64,000 bases of DNA from Hemiscyllium ocellatum (Eukaryota). The translations under genes and the position numbers were made by a program. Under the pieces are notes generated by a model. It worked only from the letters and a program-made list of their open reading frames with translations. It was not told the DNA's origin and ran no database searches. Of this stretch, positions 36,681 through 50,489 are shown in pieces. The stretch is taken from contig NC_083404.1 in assembly GCF_020745735.1 (NCBI RefSeq), positions 114,265,731 through 114,329,730 on the forward strand. The letters are read 5' to 3'. The first letter of the stretch is position 1. The number at the start of each line of letters is the position of its first letter.

Positions 36681-38631
36681 ATAAATCAAGGATATTTGTG
36701 CATGCAAGATGTAAAACACAACCAAACTTCCTCAATCCTTAAACCTGGAAATTGCTTTTAAACTAGAATGATGTGAATTGTTTGATGCAAATTCATTGGA
36801 AATTCCTGGTCTGTAGTCTTCACTGACTGAAATTCTCCGATGACGATCTCCAGATACTTCCTTTCAGACCTAGAGGCAGGAATGCTAACACTAACCCAGT
36901 CATTAACATCAATCAAACTGAGAAAAAAACAATGAAGGTTGAGGTTTAGAGAATGAGAATTGAAGCTTGAGGTGAGAGAATGTGTCCCTGATTCAGTAGA
37001 ACAAATATCTTGTATTCTTTGGTAAATTAGTTGTGGTTTCTTATTTCCCATTGTGCAGACTATATTAAATATCAGTAAATACTCTAATGACTTGTCCCTG
37101 GGCAGGGTTTCCCAATTTGTTATGGTTTCAGTTGGAGATACTCCAGATTGCTAACGGTGAGGAGAGCTCTTAGTCTTTATTCACGTACTCACTTGGTTCG
37201 ATCCAGCAAGGTGCATTTAAAAAGGATCTCTTCCCTTTTTAATACCTTTCCCCCAAGCCAAAAGAAATTATACCTTAAAAGGAGCCCATTTAACATGGCT
37301 ATCTTGAGTTAATAAAAGAGGAGTGGTTTCCTTCTGAGAAGGAGTTTGGGTAGTGAGCCTTTTGTTGCCTTTTCCCTTTTAGTCTTTCTGAAGATTCACA
37401 AATACTGTGTAATATTCCATGGATTCCCAAAGAGCCCTGGCAGAGAGTCACTAAACTTACATCCACAATCATAACTTTGCTGTAGCAGCCCTCTTACAAA
37501 AAATACAGGATGGGATTGAAGGCTCAACATGACCATAAGTACTTTGGAAGTCTGATCCTTCATCGTGACAGTATGCCACCACCATTAGGATCTGGTGACA
37601 ATTGGTCAGCAATAATCTTCCACGTGGAAGCCTGTGAGTAATTGGGAAGTATATATTTTGAAAATTATTTGATGAACTGATAGAAGTGTCAAAAGGAGGA
37701 GGACAGTATCTGTATGAACTGACAAAAGAGAGAGAGAATGCAGAATAAAAGGGAATGATGAAAAGACAAAATGTTATCTTGAAATATATTAGTGAGAGGG
37801 CGAGGAAAAGTTCATATGATGCTGTTTAAGGTAAATTTAAAACCAGTTTGTAATCAGATTTTCTACAAATATCAATAGCACAGTAGCTACATTTCTTGGG
37901 AAATTGAGAAATAATCTCAGCAATTTTGACCACTACCTCCAGAGATGGGGTTGACTTAAAACTTAAGCTGACAGCTTGTGCTTGACTGCACAATCGGTGT
38001 AATTACATGGTTTAGACTAATGTGAAGGCTTGTTTTTGAATTGTCAGAATTCAGATACACTTCATTCTTTTGATGCAGGGAGTGAGCTATAATATCCCAG
38101 TTGTCCTGTGTTTGAAACAGTTTGGATGGAATGTTGACTGAAGCCTTACTTAGATTTCTGTATATATTTTTGGCAATTCTGAGACTGACCTGCTCAACTG
38201 GGACAATATTTTTGGCAGCAACTGTGGAGTCTGAAATCCCAGTGGGTAAAAAGTATTCTATCTATAACTTGACAGCCTTTACTGTGCTTGATCAATTAGG
38301 CCTTGGGTATGGATTCAGGGAAAAGTAAGCAAACTGTACAAAGAACAGGAAACCGGAGTTTCAAGCATGGAGTAGATAATTTAAAGTATGTGTATAAAAC
38401 TATTGTGAGTATGCACATGTAAAACTTGTGTAATATCTGGAAAAATCTAAGGTATTAAAGCTAAAACAAACACCAATTCACCAACATTGGTAGAAAATTA
38501 GTGTCCTGATATATCCAACCAAAGAGATTAATCGCATGAAGATACCAACAGCAGAGAGTGGCGGGAGCTGGGCGGAAGTGAAGTCGGAGCGCAGAGGCTG
38601 TTGGGAAGGCGGATGAATGTTATTTAAGTAG

Positions 38632-39466
38632 GTGTGTTCTAGAGACCCAGGGGAAGTACCTCTCATGAACAGGTTGAATCTCTTGGAAACAGTAGAGACA
38701 GATGTCACTGCCAGTCCGAGAGGCGGTCAGGTCTGCCAATCAGAAATTGGCGTGGAGGCAGAGCCAAGGAGTCAGACATCACATAGAGCCGTGGTAATAG
38801 GGGACTCCATAGTGAGAGGGACTGAAAGGGGTTTCTGCAGCAACAGGCGGGATTTGAGGATGGTGTGTTGCCCTCCTGGTGCCAGGATTAAGGACATCGC
38901 AGACAGAGTGCAGGAAATCCTCAAGGGCAGAAGGTGAAGAGCCAGACGTGGTGGTAGGAACAAATGACGTCGAGAAGAAGAGGATGGCCATTCTACAGCG
39001 GGACTTCGGAGAATTCAGAAGAAGGCTGAAAAGCAGGACAGTTATCTCCAGTTTGCTTCCAGTTCCTTGGGCTGGAGAGGACAGGAACAGGGAGATTATG
39101 GATTTGAATGTGTGGCTGGAGATCTGGTGCAGGAAGCAAGGATTTAAATTCTTGGATCACTGGGGTATGTTGAGCGGTAAGGATAAATTATACAAGAGGG
39201 ACGGTTGCACCTTAATAGGTGGGGGACTAGCATTCTGGCAGGTAGGTTTGCCACCGGGTGCTCCGGTTTCCTCCCACAGTCCAAAGATGTGCAGGTCAGG
39301 TGAATTGGCCATGCTAAATTGCCCGTAGTGCTAGGTAAAGGGGTAAATGTAGGGGAACGGGTGGGCTGCACTTCGGCGTGTCGGTGTGGACTTGTTGGGC
39401 CGAAGGGCCTGTTTCCACACTGTAAGTAATCTAATCTAATTAAAAAACAGGTGCGTTTAAACTAAA
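38632..39466 (+). pseudogene. CR1 ORF1, SGNH/GDSL esterase-like domain (disrupted)
   Basis: 'VVIGDSIVRG', 'VCCPPGARIKD', 'VVGTND', 'LYKRDG'. Interrupted by an HE1 fragment at 39254-39440. Confidence 0.85.
39254..39440 (+). mobile_element. 5'-truncated HE1-type V-SINE inside CR1 ORF1
   Basis: ccgggtgctccggtttcctcccacagtccaaagatgtgcagg...gtaatctaatctaat. Confidence 0.92.
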
Positions 39467-39629
39467 TAGCGGGGGGGGGGGGGGGAACAAACTGGAAGTT
39501 TAAGAAGGAAGTTAAAGGGAAAGTTAGAACAAGAGAAGTCAGGAAGGACAACAGAATCAATGGAGCAGAAAACTCAAAAAAGGTCAAGTGAAATAGGGAT
39601 TAATAGGAAGGGTGAAGGGAGTAACAAAT

Positions 39630-42420
39630 TTAAAATATTATATATGAATGCACGAAACATTAGAAATAAGGTGGATGAGCTTGAGGCTCATTTGGAAATT
39701 GGCAGTTAAGATGTTGTGGGGATAACTGAGACGTGGCTTCAAGTGGACAGGGGCTGGGAAATGAATATTCAAGGCTATACGTGCTATTGTAAGGACAGGC
39801 TGATTGGCAGAGGGTGTGGGGTAGCCCTGTTGGTAAGGAATGATATTCAGTCCCTTGCGCGTGGGGACCTGGAATCAGGGGATGTAGAGTCAGTATGGAT
39901 AGAGCTGAGAAATTCTAAGGGTAGAAAGACCCTAATGGGAGTTATTTACAGGCCCCCAAACAGTAGCCTGGATGTAGTGTGTAAGTTGAATAAGGAGCTG
40001 AAATTGGCCTGTCGCAAAGATATTACTACAGTTGTTATGGGGGATTTCAAAATGCAGGTAGATTGGGAGAATCAGGATGGTACTGCACCCCAAGAAAGGG
40101 AGTTTGTGGAGTGCCTCCGAGATGGATTCTTAGAACAGCTTGTGCTGGAGCCTACCAGGGAGAAAGCATTTCTGGATCTGGTGTTGTGCAATGAACCGGA
40201 TTTGATCAGGGACCTCGAAGTAAAGGAGCCATTAGGAGGTAGTGACCACAATGCAATAAGCTTTAATCTGCACTTTGAAAGGGAGAGGGTAGAATCGGAA
40301 GTGACAGTATTTCGGTTGAATAAGGGGAACTGTGGAGCTATGAGAGCTGGCCAAAGTTCAATGGTGCAATACCTTAGCAGGGATGACAGTGGAACAACAA
40401 TGGCAGGTATTTCTGGGTATAATGCAGAAGATGCAGGATCAGTTCATTCCAAAAAGGAAGAAAGATCCTAAGGGGAGGCAGGGGTGGCCGTGGCTGATAA
40501 GGGAAGTTAAGGACCATATAAAGACAAAAGGGAAAAAATATAACATAGCAAAGATGAGTGGGAAATCGGAGGACTAGGAAGCTTTTAAAGAACAACAGAG
40601 GATAACTAAAAAGGAAATACGCAAAGAAAAAATAAGGTACGAAGGTAAACTGGCCAAAAATATAAAGGAGGGTAATAAAGGTTTTTTTAGGTATGTGAAA
40701 AGAAAAAAAACGTTTAAGACTAAAATTGTGCCCTTGAAGACAGAAACGGGTGAATTTATTACGTGGAACAAAGAAATGGCAGAAGAGTTGAATTGGTACT
40801 TTAGATCTGTCTTCACTGGGGAAGACATGGGCAATCTCCCAGATGTAATAGTGGCTGAAGGACCTGAACTGAAGGGAATTTATATTAGGCAGGAAATGGT
40901 GTTGAAGAGACTGTTAGGTCTGAAGGCTGATAAGTCCCCGGGATCTGATAGTTTGCATTCCAGGGTACTGAAGGAGGTGGCTCAGGAAATCGTGGATGCA
41001 TTGGTGATCATTTTCCAACGTTCTATAGACTCAGGATCAGTTCCTGCAGATTGGAGGGTGGCTAATATTGTCCCACTTTTTAAGAAAGGAGGGAGAGAGA
41101 AAACAGAGAATTATAGACCAGTTAGTCTGACCTCAGTGGTGGGAAAATGCTGGAGTCAATTATAAAGGACGAAATTACGACACATCTGGATAGCAGTAAC
41201 AGGATAGGTCAGAGTCAGCATGGATTTATGAAGGGGAAATCATGCTTGACTAATGTTCTGGAATTTTTTGAGCTTGTAACTCTGAAGATGGACAAGGGAG
41301 ATCCAGTGGATGTAGTATACCTGGACTTTCAGAAAGCCTTTGATAAAGTCCCACATAGGAGGTTAGTGAGCAAAATTAGGGCACATGGTATTAGAGGCAA
41401 AATACTGACATGGATTGATAACAGGTTGGCTGACAGGAAACAAAGAGTAGTGATAAATGGCTCCCTTTTGAAATGGCAGGCCATGACAAGTGGTGTGCCA
41501 CAGGGATCAGTGCTGGGATCGTAGCTTTTTACAATGTACATTACTGATATAGATGAAGGTATTAAAAGTAATATTAGCAAATTTGCTGATGACACAAAGC
41601 TGGGTGACAGGGTGAAATGTGAGGAGGATGTTAGGAGATTACAGGTTGACCTGGACAGGCTAGGTGAGTGGACGGATGCATGGCAGATGTGGATAATGTG
41701 GATAAATGTGCGGTTATCCACTTTGGTGGCAAGAACAGGAAGGCAGATTACTACCTAAATAGAGTCAAGTTAGGTAATGGGGCAGTACAACAAGATCAAG
41801 GTGTTCTTGTACATCAGTCAATGAAAGCAAACATGCAAGTACAGCAGGCAGGGAAGAAAGTTAATAGCATGCTGGCCTTCAAAACAAGAGGAATTGAGTA
41901 TAGAAGCAAAGAGGTCCTTCTGCTGCTGTACAGGGCCCTGGTGAGACTGCACCTTGAATACTGTGTGCAGTTTTGGTCTCCAAATTTGAGGAAAGACATT
42001 CTGCCTATTGAGGGAGTGCAGCGTAGGTTCACGAGGTCAATTCCCGGATTGGCGGGACTATCTTATGCTGAAATATTGGAGCGACTGGGCTTGGATAACT
42101 TCCAGTTTAGAAGGCTGAGAGGGGATCTGATTGAGACATATAAGATTATTGAAGGATTGGATATTCTGGAGGCAGGAAGCATGTATCCGCTGATGGGTGA
42201 GTCCTGAACCAGAGGACACAGTTTAAAATTATGGGGTAGACCACTTAGAACAGAGTTGAGGAGAAACTTTTTCACCCAGAGGGTGGTGGGTGTATGGAAT
42301 GCTCTGCCCCAGAAGGCTGTGGAGGCCAAGTCTCTGGATATTTCAAGAAAGAGTTGGATAGACCTCTGAAGGATAGTGGAATCAAGGGTTATGGGGATAA
42401 GACAGGAACAGGATACTGAT
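39630..42420 (+). pseudogene. CR1 ORF2: apurinic endonuclease and reverse transcriptase (disrupted)
   Basis: 'GITETWL', 'YRPPN', 'MGDF', 'GSDHN'; RT 'NYRPVSLTS', 'LDFQKAFD', 'GVPQGSVLG', 'FADD' (41582-41593). Confidence 0.95.
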
Positions 42421-42524
42421 TGAGGATGATCAGCCATGATCATAATGAATGGTGGTGCTGGCTTGAAGGGCAGAATGGCCTACTCCTGCACCTACTGTCT
42501 ATTGTCTATAAACAAGAACAAAAA

Positions 42525-43370
42525 CAAAAACAGTGTCGAAGCATATAGTACCTTTAATGTAATAAAACTTCCCAAGTTATTTCATTGAAACCTTATGAAA
42601 CAATATATAACAGCAGCTGTCCAATGAGATGTTAGGCTAGATGAAAATTTTGGGTAAACAAGCATTTCAAAGGAGAAAAAGTGAGGTAGAGAACTGAAAA
42701 AGCATATGGAAGAAATTCTGGAACTTTGGGCCTTGATAACTGAGGTAAAAATGTGTTGCTGGTTAAAGCACAGCAGGTTAGGCAGCATCCAAGGAATAGG
42801 AAATTCGATGTTTCGGGCATAAGCCCTTCATCAGGAATGAGGAGAGTGTGCCAAGCAGGCTAAGATAAAAGGTAGGGAGGAGGGACTTGGGGGAGGGGCG
42901 ATGGAGTGTGATAGGTGGAAGGAGGTCAAGGTGAGGGTGATAGGCCGGAGTGGGGTGGGGACGGAGAGGTCAGGAAGAAGATTGCAGGTTAGGAGGGCGG
43001 TGCGGAGTTGAGGGAACCGACTGAGACAAGGTGGGGGGAGGGGAAATGAGGAAACTGGAGAAATCTGAGTTCATTCCTTGTGGTTGGAGGGTTCCCAGGC
43101 AGAAGATGAGGCGCTCCTCCCCCAGCTGTCGTGTTGTTATGTTCTGCCGCTGGAGGAGTCCAAGGACCTGCATGTCCTAGGTGGAGTGGGAAGGAGAGTT
43201 ATCCCTTGATAACTGAGGGACAACCTTCAATGGTGGAGGCAACCCAAGATAAAGGAATGTCACTATTTTGGAGAGTCAGGGGCTGCAAGTGGCCACAGAG
43301 TCATGTGTCAGGCTAGGCCATGAACAGATCTGAAAACAAGGATAAGAATTTTAAAAGCAAGATAGTACTC
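42525..43370 (-). mobile_element. Old L2-like LINE 3' end, split by the Penelope insert
   Basis: gcatatagtacctttaatgtaataaaacttcccaag and gaaaacaaggataagaattttaaa resemble L2 3' ends as I recall them; unverified. Confidence 0.5.
42746..43203 (-). mobile_element. 5'-truncated Penelope-like element (Neptune-like): endonuclease C-terminus, 3' UTR, hammerhead pLTR
   Basis: 'NSPSHS..DMQVLGLL...EERLIFCLGTLQPQGMNSDF'; hammerhead AUUC-CUGAUGA-A-GGGC-UUAU-GCCC-GAAAC-AUC-GAAU at ~42803-42838. Perfect 15-bp TSD ccttgataactgagg at 42731-42745 and 43204-43218. Confidence 0.92.
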
Positions 43371-43504
43371 TAGCTTCAAGAAACCTTAAATTGTACAGTG
43401 ATCTTATGTCCGTGCTGACTAAAAGAAATTGTCCTCACAAAAATCCCAAAGAATGATTTTTGTTTTCCCTGGGACTGGTAACAATCTCAGCTCCAATTTA
43501 AAGC

Positions 43505-43605
43505 TAAAGACTGCAGTTTCTGGAAATCTGAAACAAATCCAGAGAATGCTGAAGAAACTCAATGTCTGTGAACAGAGAAGCAAATTTCACGTTTCGAGGT
43601 CGGAA
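43505..43605 (-). mobile_element. Degenerate Penelope-like pLTR fragment
   Basis: ctgcagtttctggaaatctgaaacaaa...cacgtttcg, similar to 1897-2006. Confidence 0.5.
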
Positions 43606-43969
43606 TTTTGAAAAATATTCTTGACAGAGATGGAGGAGAGTTGAAGGAAACAAATGGTGTAGAGGTTCCAAGTAAATGGCAAAGGATGGAAGTTATAAGG
43701 TGGAGAGTATACCAACTCTTTTAGAAGTTTGGATCCAAAATTAATCAGATACCCCTTAACCTTACATTTATAATCTAAAGCATTAGACCATTGTTTTCAC
43801 ATTGTTCTCAATCCCATGGTGCATTTTTTTGTCAAACAAAACTAAATAAAATCACATGATGCTAGAATGTCAAGACCTACATTGGCTATATTGAGGTAGC
43901 CTGTACAATATCAGATGAATCAATCAATATATTGATTGTGATTACAACTAAATTAAACCAGTGACTTAT

Positions 43970-44730
43970 CATTTTGGAAGATGAAATTCAGCTGTGAATT
44001 ATACAACAAATGGCAGAACCCTCAGAAGCATTGACTTACAGAGGGATCTGGATGTACTGGTCCACAGATGCACAAAAATGGCAACACCGGTGGTTAAGGT
44101 GGTCAAGGAGATATGCAGCACACTTGCCTTCATCAGCAGAGGCATTGAATATAAAAGTTGGCAAGTTATGTTAAAGTTGTAGATCGTATTTGGAATATTG
44201 CTTACAGTTCTGGTCTCCATACTACTCGAAGGACCCGTTTGCTTGGAGAAGGTGCAGAGAAGGTTTACCAGAATGTTGCCTTGTCTGGAGGGATTTAGTT
44301 ATGAGGCAAGGTTGGATAAACTCAAGATAGTTTTACTGGAAAGGCAGAGGTTGAGGAGTGACCCGACAGAAGGCTACAAAATTGTGAGAGGCATAGATTG
44401 GATGGATAGTCAGAGGCTTTTTTCCAAGGTGGAAAGAGCAGCTAAATGAGGGCACAGGTTCAAGATGAGTGGGGGAAAGTTTAGGAGAGAAGTGTGGAGG
44501 AAACTTTTTCACACAGAGGATGGTGGGTTCCTGGAACACACTGCCAATGAAGGTTCAAAGTGGATACTAGCATGTTAGCAACGTTTAAGGAGCATCTTGA
44601 TAGGTACATGAGCGGGAGTGGAACAGATGGGTAGATACTGCATACAGGCAATAAGTAGTGGGTATAAATAGGATTGAGGAATCATTGCAGGCTTGGTAGG
44701 CTGAAGAGTCTGCTCCTGTGTTGTATTGTA
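43970..44730 (+). mobile_element. CR1 LINE 3' fragment
   Basis: 'QRDLDVLVHR', 'LAFISRGIEYKS', 'LEKVQRRFTRMLP'. Confidence 0.9.
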
Positions 44731-45220
44731 TAAAATATTAGCTTCAAATGTTAGCTTTCCTACTAATCATACATCCTGTTCATTGATCAATACAACAACC
44801 TTCGCTAAGGGCCACTCATACACAGACATTGAAAAATATCAGAAAACTCCACCTGACTTACGAGAAGCAGCAGTCTGGGTGCTCTATTTCCCATTGAAAT
44901 AGAAAATCCCTTGAAATGATTGATTGGAGATACTCATACAAGGCAAAATGTTTGCCTGGAACTTTACAACAGGCTGTAATAGGAGCTGGCACTTTGGACA
45001 AAAAGAGTACACAGCTGTTTTGCTTAATTTAGGAAATGAGCAAGCTGCTTCTATTGAAAAAATGAAAGTTAGATAAATATTTCCGAACATATTATCACCC
45101 CAACCATTTTCTATTACTTCAGCTATATCCTTCCTGCCACACAAGATCAAGATTGGGATACCCTCTCATGATTGCATCATATTCAGCTCCATTTAAAGTT
45201 CCTTTAATAGCTCATTCTGC

Positions 45221-45312
45221 ATTCTGAGGAAGGGTCACTTGACCCAAAACTTTAACTTTGATTTCTCTTTACAGCTGCTGCCAAATCTGCTGAGCTTTTC
45301 CCAGCAATTTCC
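45221..45312 (+). mobile_element. Solo pLTR of a third subfamily with decayed hammerhead
   Basis: UU-CUGAGGA-A-GGGUC-ACUU-GACCC-AAAAC-UUU-AA. Stem II is intact; GAAA and the cleavage triplet are mutated. Confidence 0.7.
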
Positions 45313-45395
45313 ATTATCTTCTTCACCACTGACATAATGCATGATTTAGAGATGCACTACAGCAAATCACCATTTTCATTTATAGAATTTATTTA

Positions 45396-45748
45396 ATAGA
45401 ATGCCTAAAGTATGGAAACAGGCTATTCAGTCCAATGGGTCCACACTAACCCTCTGCATAGCATTCCACCCAGACCATCCCCCTATCCTATCCCTGTAAC
45501 CCTGCACTGCCCATGGCTAACACACCTAACCTACACATCCCTGAATGCCATGGTTAATTTAGCATTGTCAATCCACCCAACTTGCCCATCTTTGGATTGT
45601 GGGAGGAAACTGGGGCACCTGGTGGAAACCCACACAGACTTGGGGAGAGTGTACAAACTCCACATAGACAGCCATTTGAGGATGGAATCAAACTCAGGTT
45701 CCGATCACTGTGAGGCAGTAGCTCTAACTGCGGAGCCCTCGTACCGTC
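45396..45748 (-). mobile_element. HE1-type V-SINE
   Basis: Reverse-complement match to other HE1 copies. Confidence 0.85.
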
Positions 45749-48439
45749 TCTTCTGTAACCATACCACTGAGAAGAAGTAGGAGCAATGTTATGGCAACAA
45801 TTTCATATCAAAATTCCTCTCCAAGTCCCACACCACCATGACTTATTCAGTTTTGGAATTAAATCATGACTCCTTTCTCCTCCCTATCCAGAGCTAATGT
45901 GGAATGACAATACATGCTGAATTGAAAGGGAAGGCACATTTGCAAGGAAATGAGAGATGCGTAATGCTTACAGCTTGCTGGCACTGACCATCATATTCAC
46001 ACAATCAAGAAAAAACACCAGTGGCTGCCTGAGTTATTCTTTGTTTCAGCTTGAGAAGACGATCACTAGCACTTCCCACTTTTGGATCAGTATTGGACAA
46101 TTGACCTCAGTGCCTTTGAGGCTAGTGTACTTTGGACAGGTGACAACTGCTATCACTGCTAAAAGTTTCATTTAACACTAATATCTTAGCAGTTTGACAG
46201 GCCTACTTTTTAAGATCAAGAGGAAGCATTAAAGAGGGAAATTCATTGCACTCACAGTTTGTGCACAACAGTCTGTGAGGGAATCTGCGGAGTATGCTTT
46301 TGCACTTTCTTAAAATAACTCCAGTGTACCAGGGAACTAGAAACTGGAGTAAATCACCGGGGAATTTGCTTCACCATTCAATCATATCTATGCCTTCATT
46401 CCATTTACCTTGTTTTTATCCCTAAGATACTCTTACCCCAAGTTCCATATCATATTAGTTCTGCTCCTTTGTTAAAAGAATTGATCAACAAGGATTTAGT
46501 TACTTTATCAGATAACTTTATTGGACAAACCTGCTAATCAATAACTTTAATCCACAGCATTGTGGTTGACTCCTAACTGCCATCTAGCAATTTGGGATTG
46601 GCAATAAATACTGATCTAGCCAGCAATGCTCCTACCCCGTGAACAAATACAAAAATCATTTATAATTAGAGAAGCCAAGAATCTCAAAAATGTTGAGATG
46701 TCTATTTATTCAGTGAAAGCTTGTGATTGTAAACTTCCGCTTAGAGTGTGATCATTTTCAAGATTGTTTTGATTCACTGACATTTCCAAACTTTGGTTAA
46801 TCTGTCCATCTGTCCACATGACATCCGAATCTTCTCCATTGAACCTTGTGCTTCTGAAAGGTAATGGCACTGTTATATCTAATGTTGAAGTTGCATTATG
46901 CTCCACCCTACCTGATGATGTCACACAGGTTTTGGAGAAGAAATTGGACAGTCTTGTGTGAGGTCCCAAACTGGTTACAAGTGTTTTCCCTGGATCCTGA
47001 CAGTCTTAATACTATGTCTAAAATGTCAATCTAACTTGTTCTTATTGCTATTATGCAATGAACTATCTCTTGTTATATAAATTAAGTTCTTCTTCTTATG
47101 AGGATTTATCAGTTGTCAATTTTCTACCACTGATAATTATTTAGTCATAAAATGGAGGGGTAGTGGCAGCACTGTACCTTAATCCTCCAGAGATGTATTT
47201 CTGACCTCTGTGGCACAAGTCAGTTAGTTCAATAACATCATGTAACTTTACGTTGACTTTGGTTTCATCTAACAATTGCAACATCTATGATCTTGACCTC
47301 TGACGATTTGGGTAAGCTCTGCAAGATATCAAGTGCCCAATGAATGATTGACATCTCTGACCTTCTGTCATACTTGCAAGTGACCCAATTTTAGTTTTGC
47401 TTGCCTTTGTACAGCGACTATATCTTCCTTTGTCAGAGTACACCTTTGACTGTTCAAAGATGACGCTAAATGAAGATTGGATGGAAAATTTCTTACCAAC
47501 CTATTATACTCATCATTTATGGACTGGATTTGCTGGTTTCACTGCATTTGTTTTTTCATTGTCATCCTGGCTAAATGCACAACACTGCCTCTATCTTTTT
47601 AGCTAGTTTGGCTGATACAGTGAGCAATTACCCATTTACAGCTGCTGTACTATTTAAGTTAATTTGTGCATTAATCTAATTATAACCACTTCAATAGCAC
47701 GATGTTCAATTATGTCATATCTCTTGCATCGAGGGATTTCAACTCTGGTTTTCACCATGGTAGAAAGCATCTCCATTACAGTGAATGATCCAGAAACAGT
47801 TGGGAATCAAAAGTTTCACATATGAGCCTGGTATTTCTCATTTTTGTGCATGGGGTGAAATTGTGGGTGGTTCACAATCTACATATAAAATGATTCCTGA
47901 GGGCATTTGATCATTTTATTGACTAGGTAACTTCACTGAAATTGTATTTTGGACTCCCATGTGTTTGGAAACAAGAGTGTGAGCTTGCACAAGGTAAGAG
48001 TAGATCTGTTTGAAGTTATATTTCTTTCTTTTAGCCTGAATACCCCTCTAGAGACCTAAGGTAGCCTTGTCAATGTTGTGGGGTACAGGTCAGAGATCCT
48101 TTGGGAGGAGTTCTTTTTGGGATTGTTAACTGGAAAGAAGATTCTACATAAAAGGTGCATAAATCCTGTGCAACTATCAGGCTTCTTCAAACCTGTCAAG
48201 ACCTGCCAGTAAATGTCAACAAGCATTATCCTACCAACAAATATCAACCTGCTAAGAAGTTCAATCTATGTTAATACCTGTCAAGAAGTGCCCAGAAACA
48301 CAAACAAAATCTATTTTTAATTAATGTGGATTCTTTTCATGATAGAGTTAGCCTGCAATGCAGAACTATATTTTTCACCTATGTCCATGGACACTTGCAG
48401 ATTTTTATTTTGTTAGTATATTAGGTGAAGAGGGAAAGG

Positions 48440-48745
48440 GCTGTGAGTGGAAATAGATACTCAGTTGACTTTGGGGCAAGGGCACAGCCTCAAAGTGAAG
48501 GCTTAACCTTTTAGAAATGAGATAAGGAGAATTTCTTCAGTCATAGAATGAGGAATCAGCGAAGGCTGTAACGGCCAATGTCACTGAATGTTCTTAAGAT
48601 ATATATGTTCTTGATTAATAAAAGGATCAAAGGTTAAGGGGAGAAGGCAAGGAATGAGATTGAGAAACACCTGACATGATCAAATGACAGAACAAACCTG
48701 ATGGGCCAAATGGCCTAATTCTACTCCTATATTTTATGACCTTAT
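48440..48745 (+). mobile_element. CR1 3' end fragment
   Basis: ttagaaatgagataaggagaatttcttc...gggccaaatggcctaattctactcc. Confidence 0.7.
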
Positions 48746-49239
48746 GGAACCCATTCTGATTTCCTATGAATTTGAAAGATGAGCCATTTTAAGCAGTCAG
48801 CTTAACCACAATGCATAGATTTCCATTTTTCCACATAGGTACAGATAAGCAACATTTTAGCCATTGTTCCATATTTACTTTGCTTCTGAGTGAATGCTTA
48901 TCACTGTCTGTGCACCTTCAATCCTAATAATGTAAATACCACAATTTGTAAGATAATATTAACGAGGTGAGCCACAATGACAATGTGAAATATTTGTGCA
49001 AAAAGCATCTGAATATGGTTCTTACCTAGATCCACTTTGCATTTTCCTTTCACATTAAGGACTTCTTCAATGTTTGCTGTGTGTAGGTGTTCATTTGATT
49101 ACAGTTACTGTTGTTCCTCCTCTTGTGACTCATCACCATTTATAGATATTTGTTCTGAGCTTGTCAATCCTCAGTCCCTTATCTTCCATCCCCAGAATTT
49201 TTCCAAGCACCTTGCAATGTACTTTGAGTCCTATCCAAC

Positions 49240-49860
49240 AGGATAATATATTATAGAAGGAAGCCATTAAGCCAATGAGCCTGTAGCATCTTTCTTGAAG
49301 AGAAATCCAGATGGTGTCACCAACTAGCAATCAACCCCTCAATGGTCGTGTTTTCCCTTTGATTTTCAGTAGTAAACCAATTTCTTTTTGAACATTAATT
49401 TGAATCTGTATCCTCCTCAATATCAAGGAAGAAGTACACCCCAGATCCTAATCACTATTGATTTGGAGGAGCTGGCATTGGACTGGTGTTGAACCTAATC
49501 ACTATTAGTATAGATGATTTCCTTTGTGTCCCCGCTGGTTCATTTGCCTTGAACTTAAGTTAAATCTGGGGTATTTGATTATTGATCCTTCAGCTTCTGA
49601 AGATAATTACTATTTATTTCATCAAAACCTTTCTTAATTTTATGCATCTCGAGTTTTTCCAGGTTTCTTGGCTGTAGGAAGAACAGCCCCAGTATTTCTG
49701 CAATCCCTCATGTTTTGGAGCTATTCCAGCAAACCTCTTAAAAACACTTTAGAAAGCTTTCCCACCCTTCTGGTGCACAGAATTTGAAAATCAAAAATAC
49801 ATAAAACCCTTTTATACAGTTTCAGCATTTTTTTTAACTCTATGCTCTCTTTATAAAAAC
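49240..49860 (-). mobile_element. Very old CR1 3' fragment
   Basis: Weak colinear similarity to CR1 3' ends. Confidence 0.4.
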
Positions 49861-50489
49861 AATTGAAAGCTTATATTTCAGCATGCTAGACCTTAGTGTT
49901 TAAATTGGCACACTATCATCGAAATAAGTTAAAAATAAAATAACTGACACACTTCTACTCAGAAAAAAATACCATTACCCTGAACACTCCTTCAGCAAGC
50001 TGGTGAGCTCACAACCAATGCACTTTTCAATTCCAGAGACAAAGTCAGAGGATTTTAAACAGACAGTAACTGCTATGTTTCCCGCATCTCGTATCATAAC
50101 CCTGGATTTAACTTTAACAGTTGACAGTGCTACTTAAAACAGCATCCACTACAGTTCCCCCACATAGTATCGTTTGAACTATTGTAGCTTTAAGCAAGAT
50201 ATTTCACATTCTTTTTTCAAAAGTTTACTTCCTTAGTTTATTTGACTCTTGGCTATTTCAGCATTCATTATTTCAGCAGACTCGATGGTACAAATGGACC
50301 ATGCCTGCTCCTAAACTGTTCTCTATCCTGAGCAACCTGTTTTCTCGCCATGAAGCAGCTTCCCAGTTTCCTTCTTCTTCACAGCTTTACAACCTCAATC
50401 TTCTTCACCTCCTTTCAGACTGCTTCATAAAATGTTGGATCTGCATGCTGGTCACTGAAAGCAAGCATGCGGCTACAGCAAACAGTTAG

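Larger units (their letters stand above)
38551..42509 (+). mobile_element. Near full-length CR1 LINE (esterase ORF1, APE-RT ORF2)
   Basis: GC-rich 5' leader, SGNH-type ORF1, ORF2 with APE and RT, and a tctattgtcta tail. Several frameshifts and stops. Confidence 0.95.

Noticed and set aside
36758-38330. Several exon-like segments with plausible AG/GT ends
   Set aside because: Translations are unrecognisable or contain stops, and strands are inconsistent.
39471-39485. G15 run
   Set aside because: Expanded G tract at the CR1 ORF1/ORF2 boundary; its length is error-prone in assemblies.
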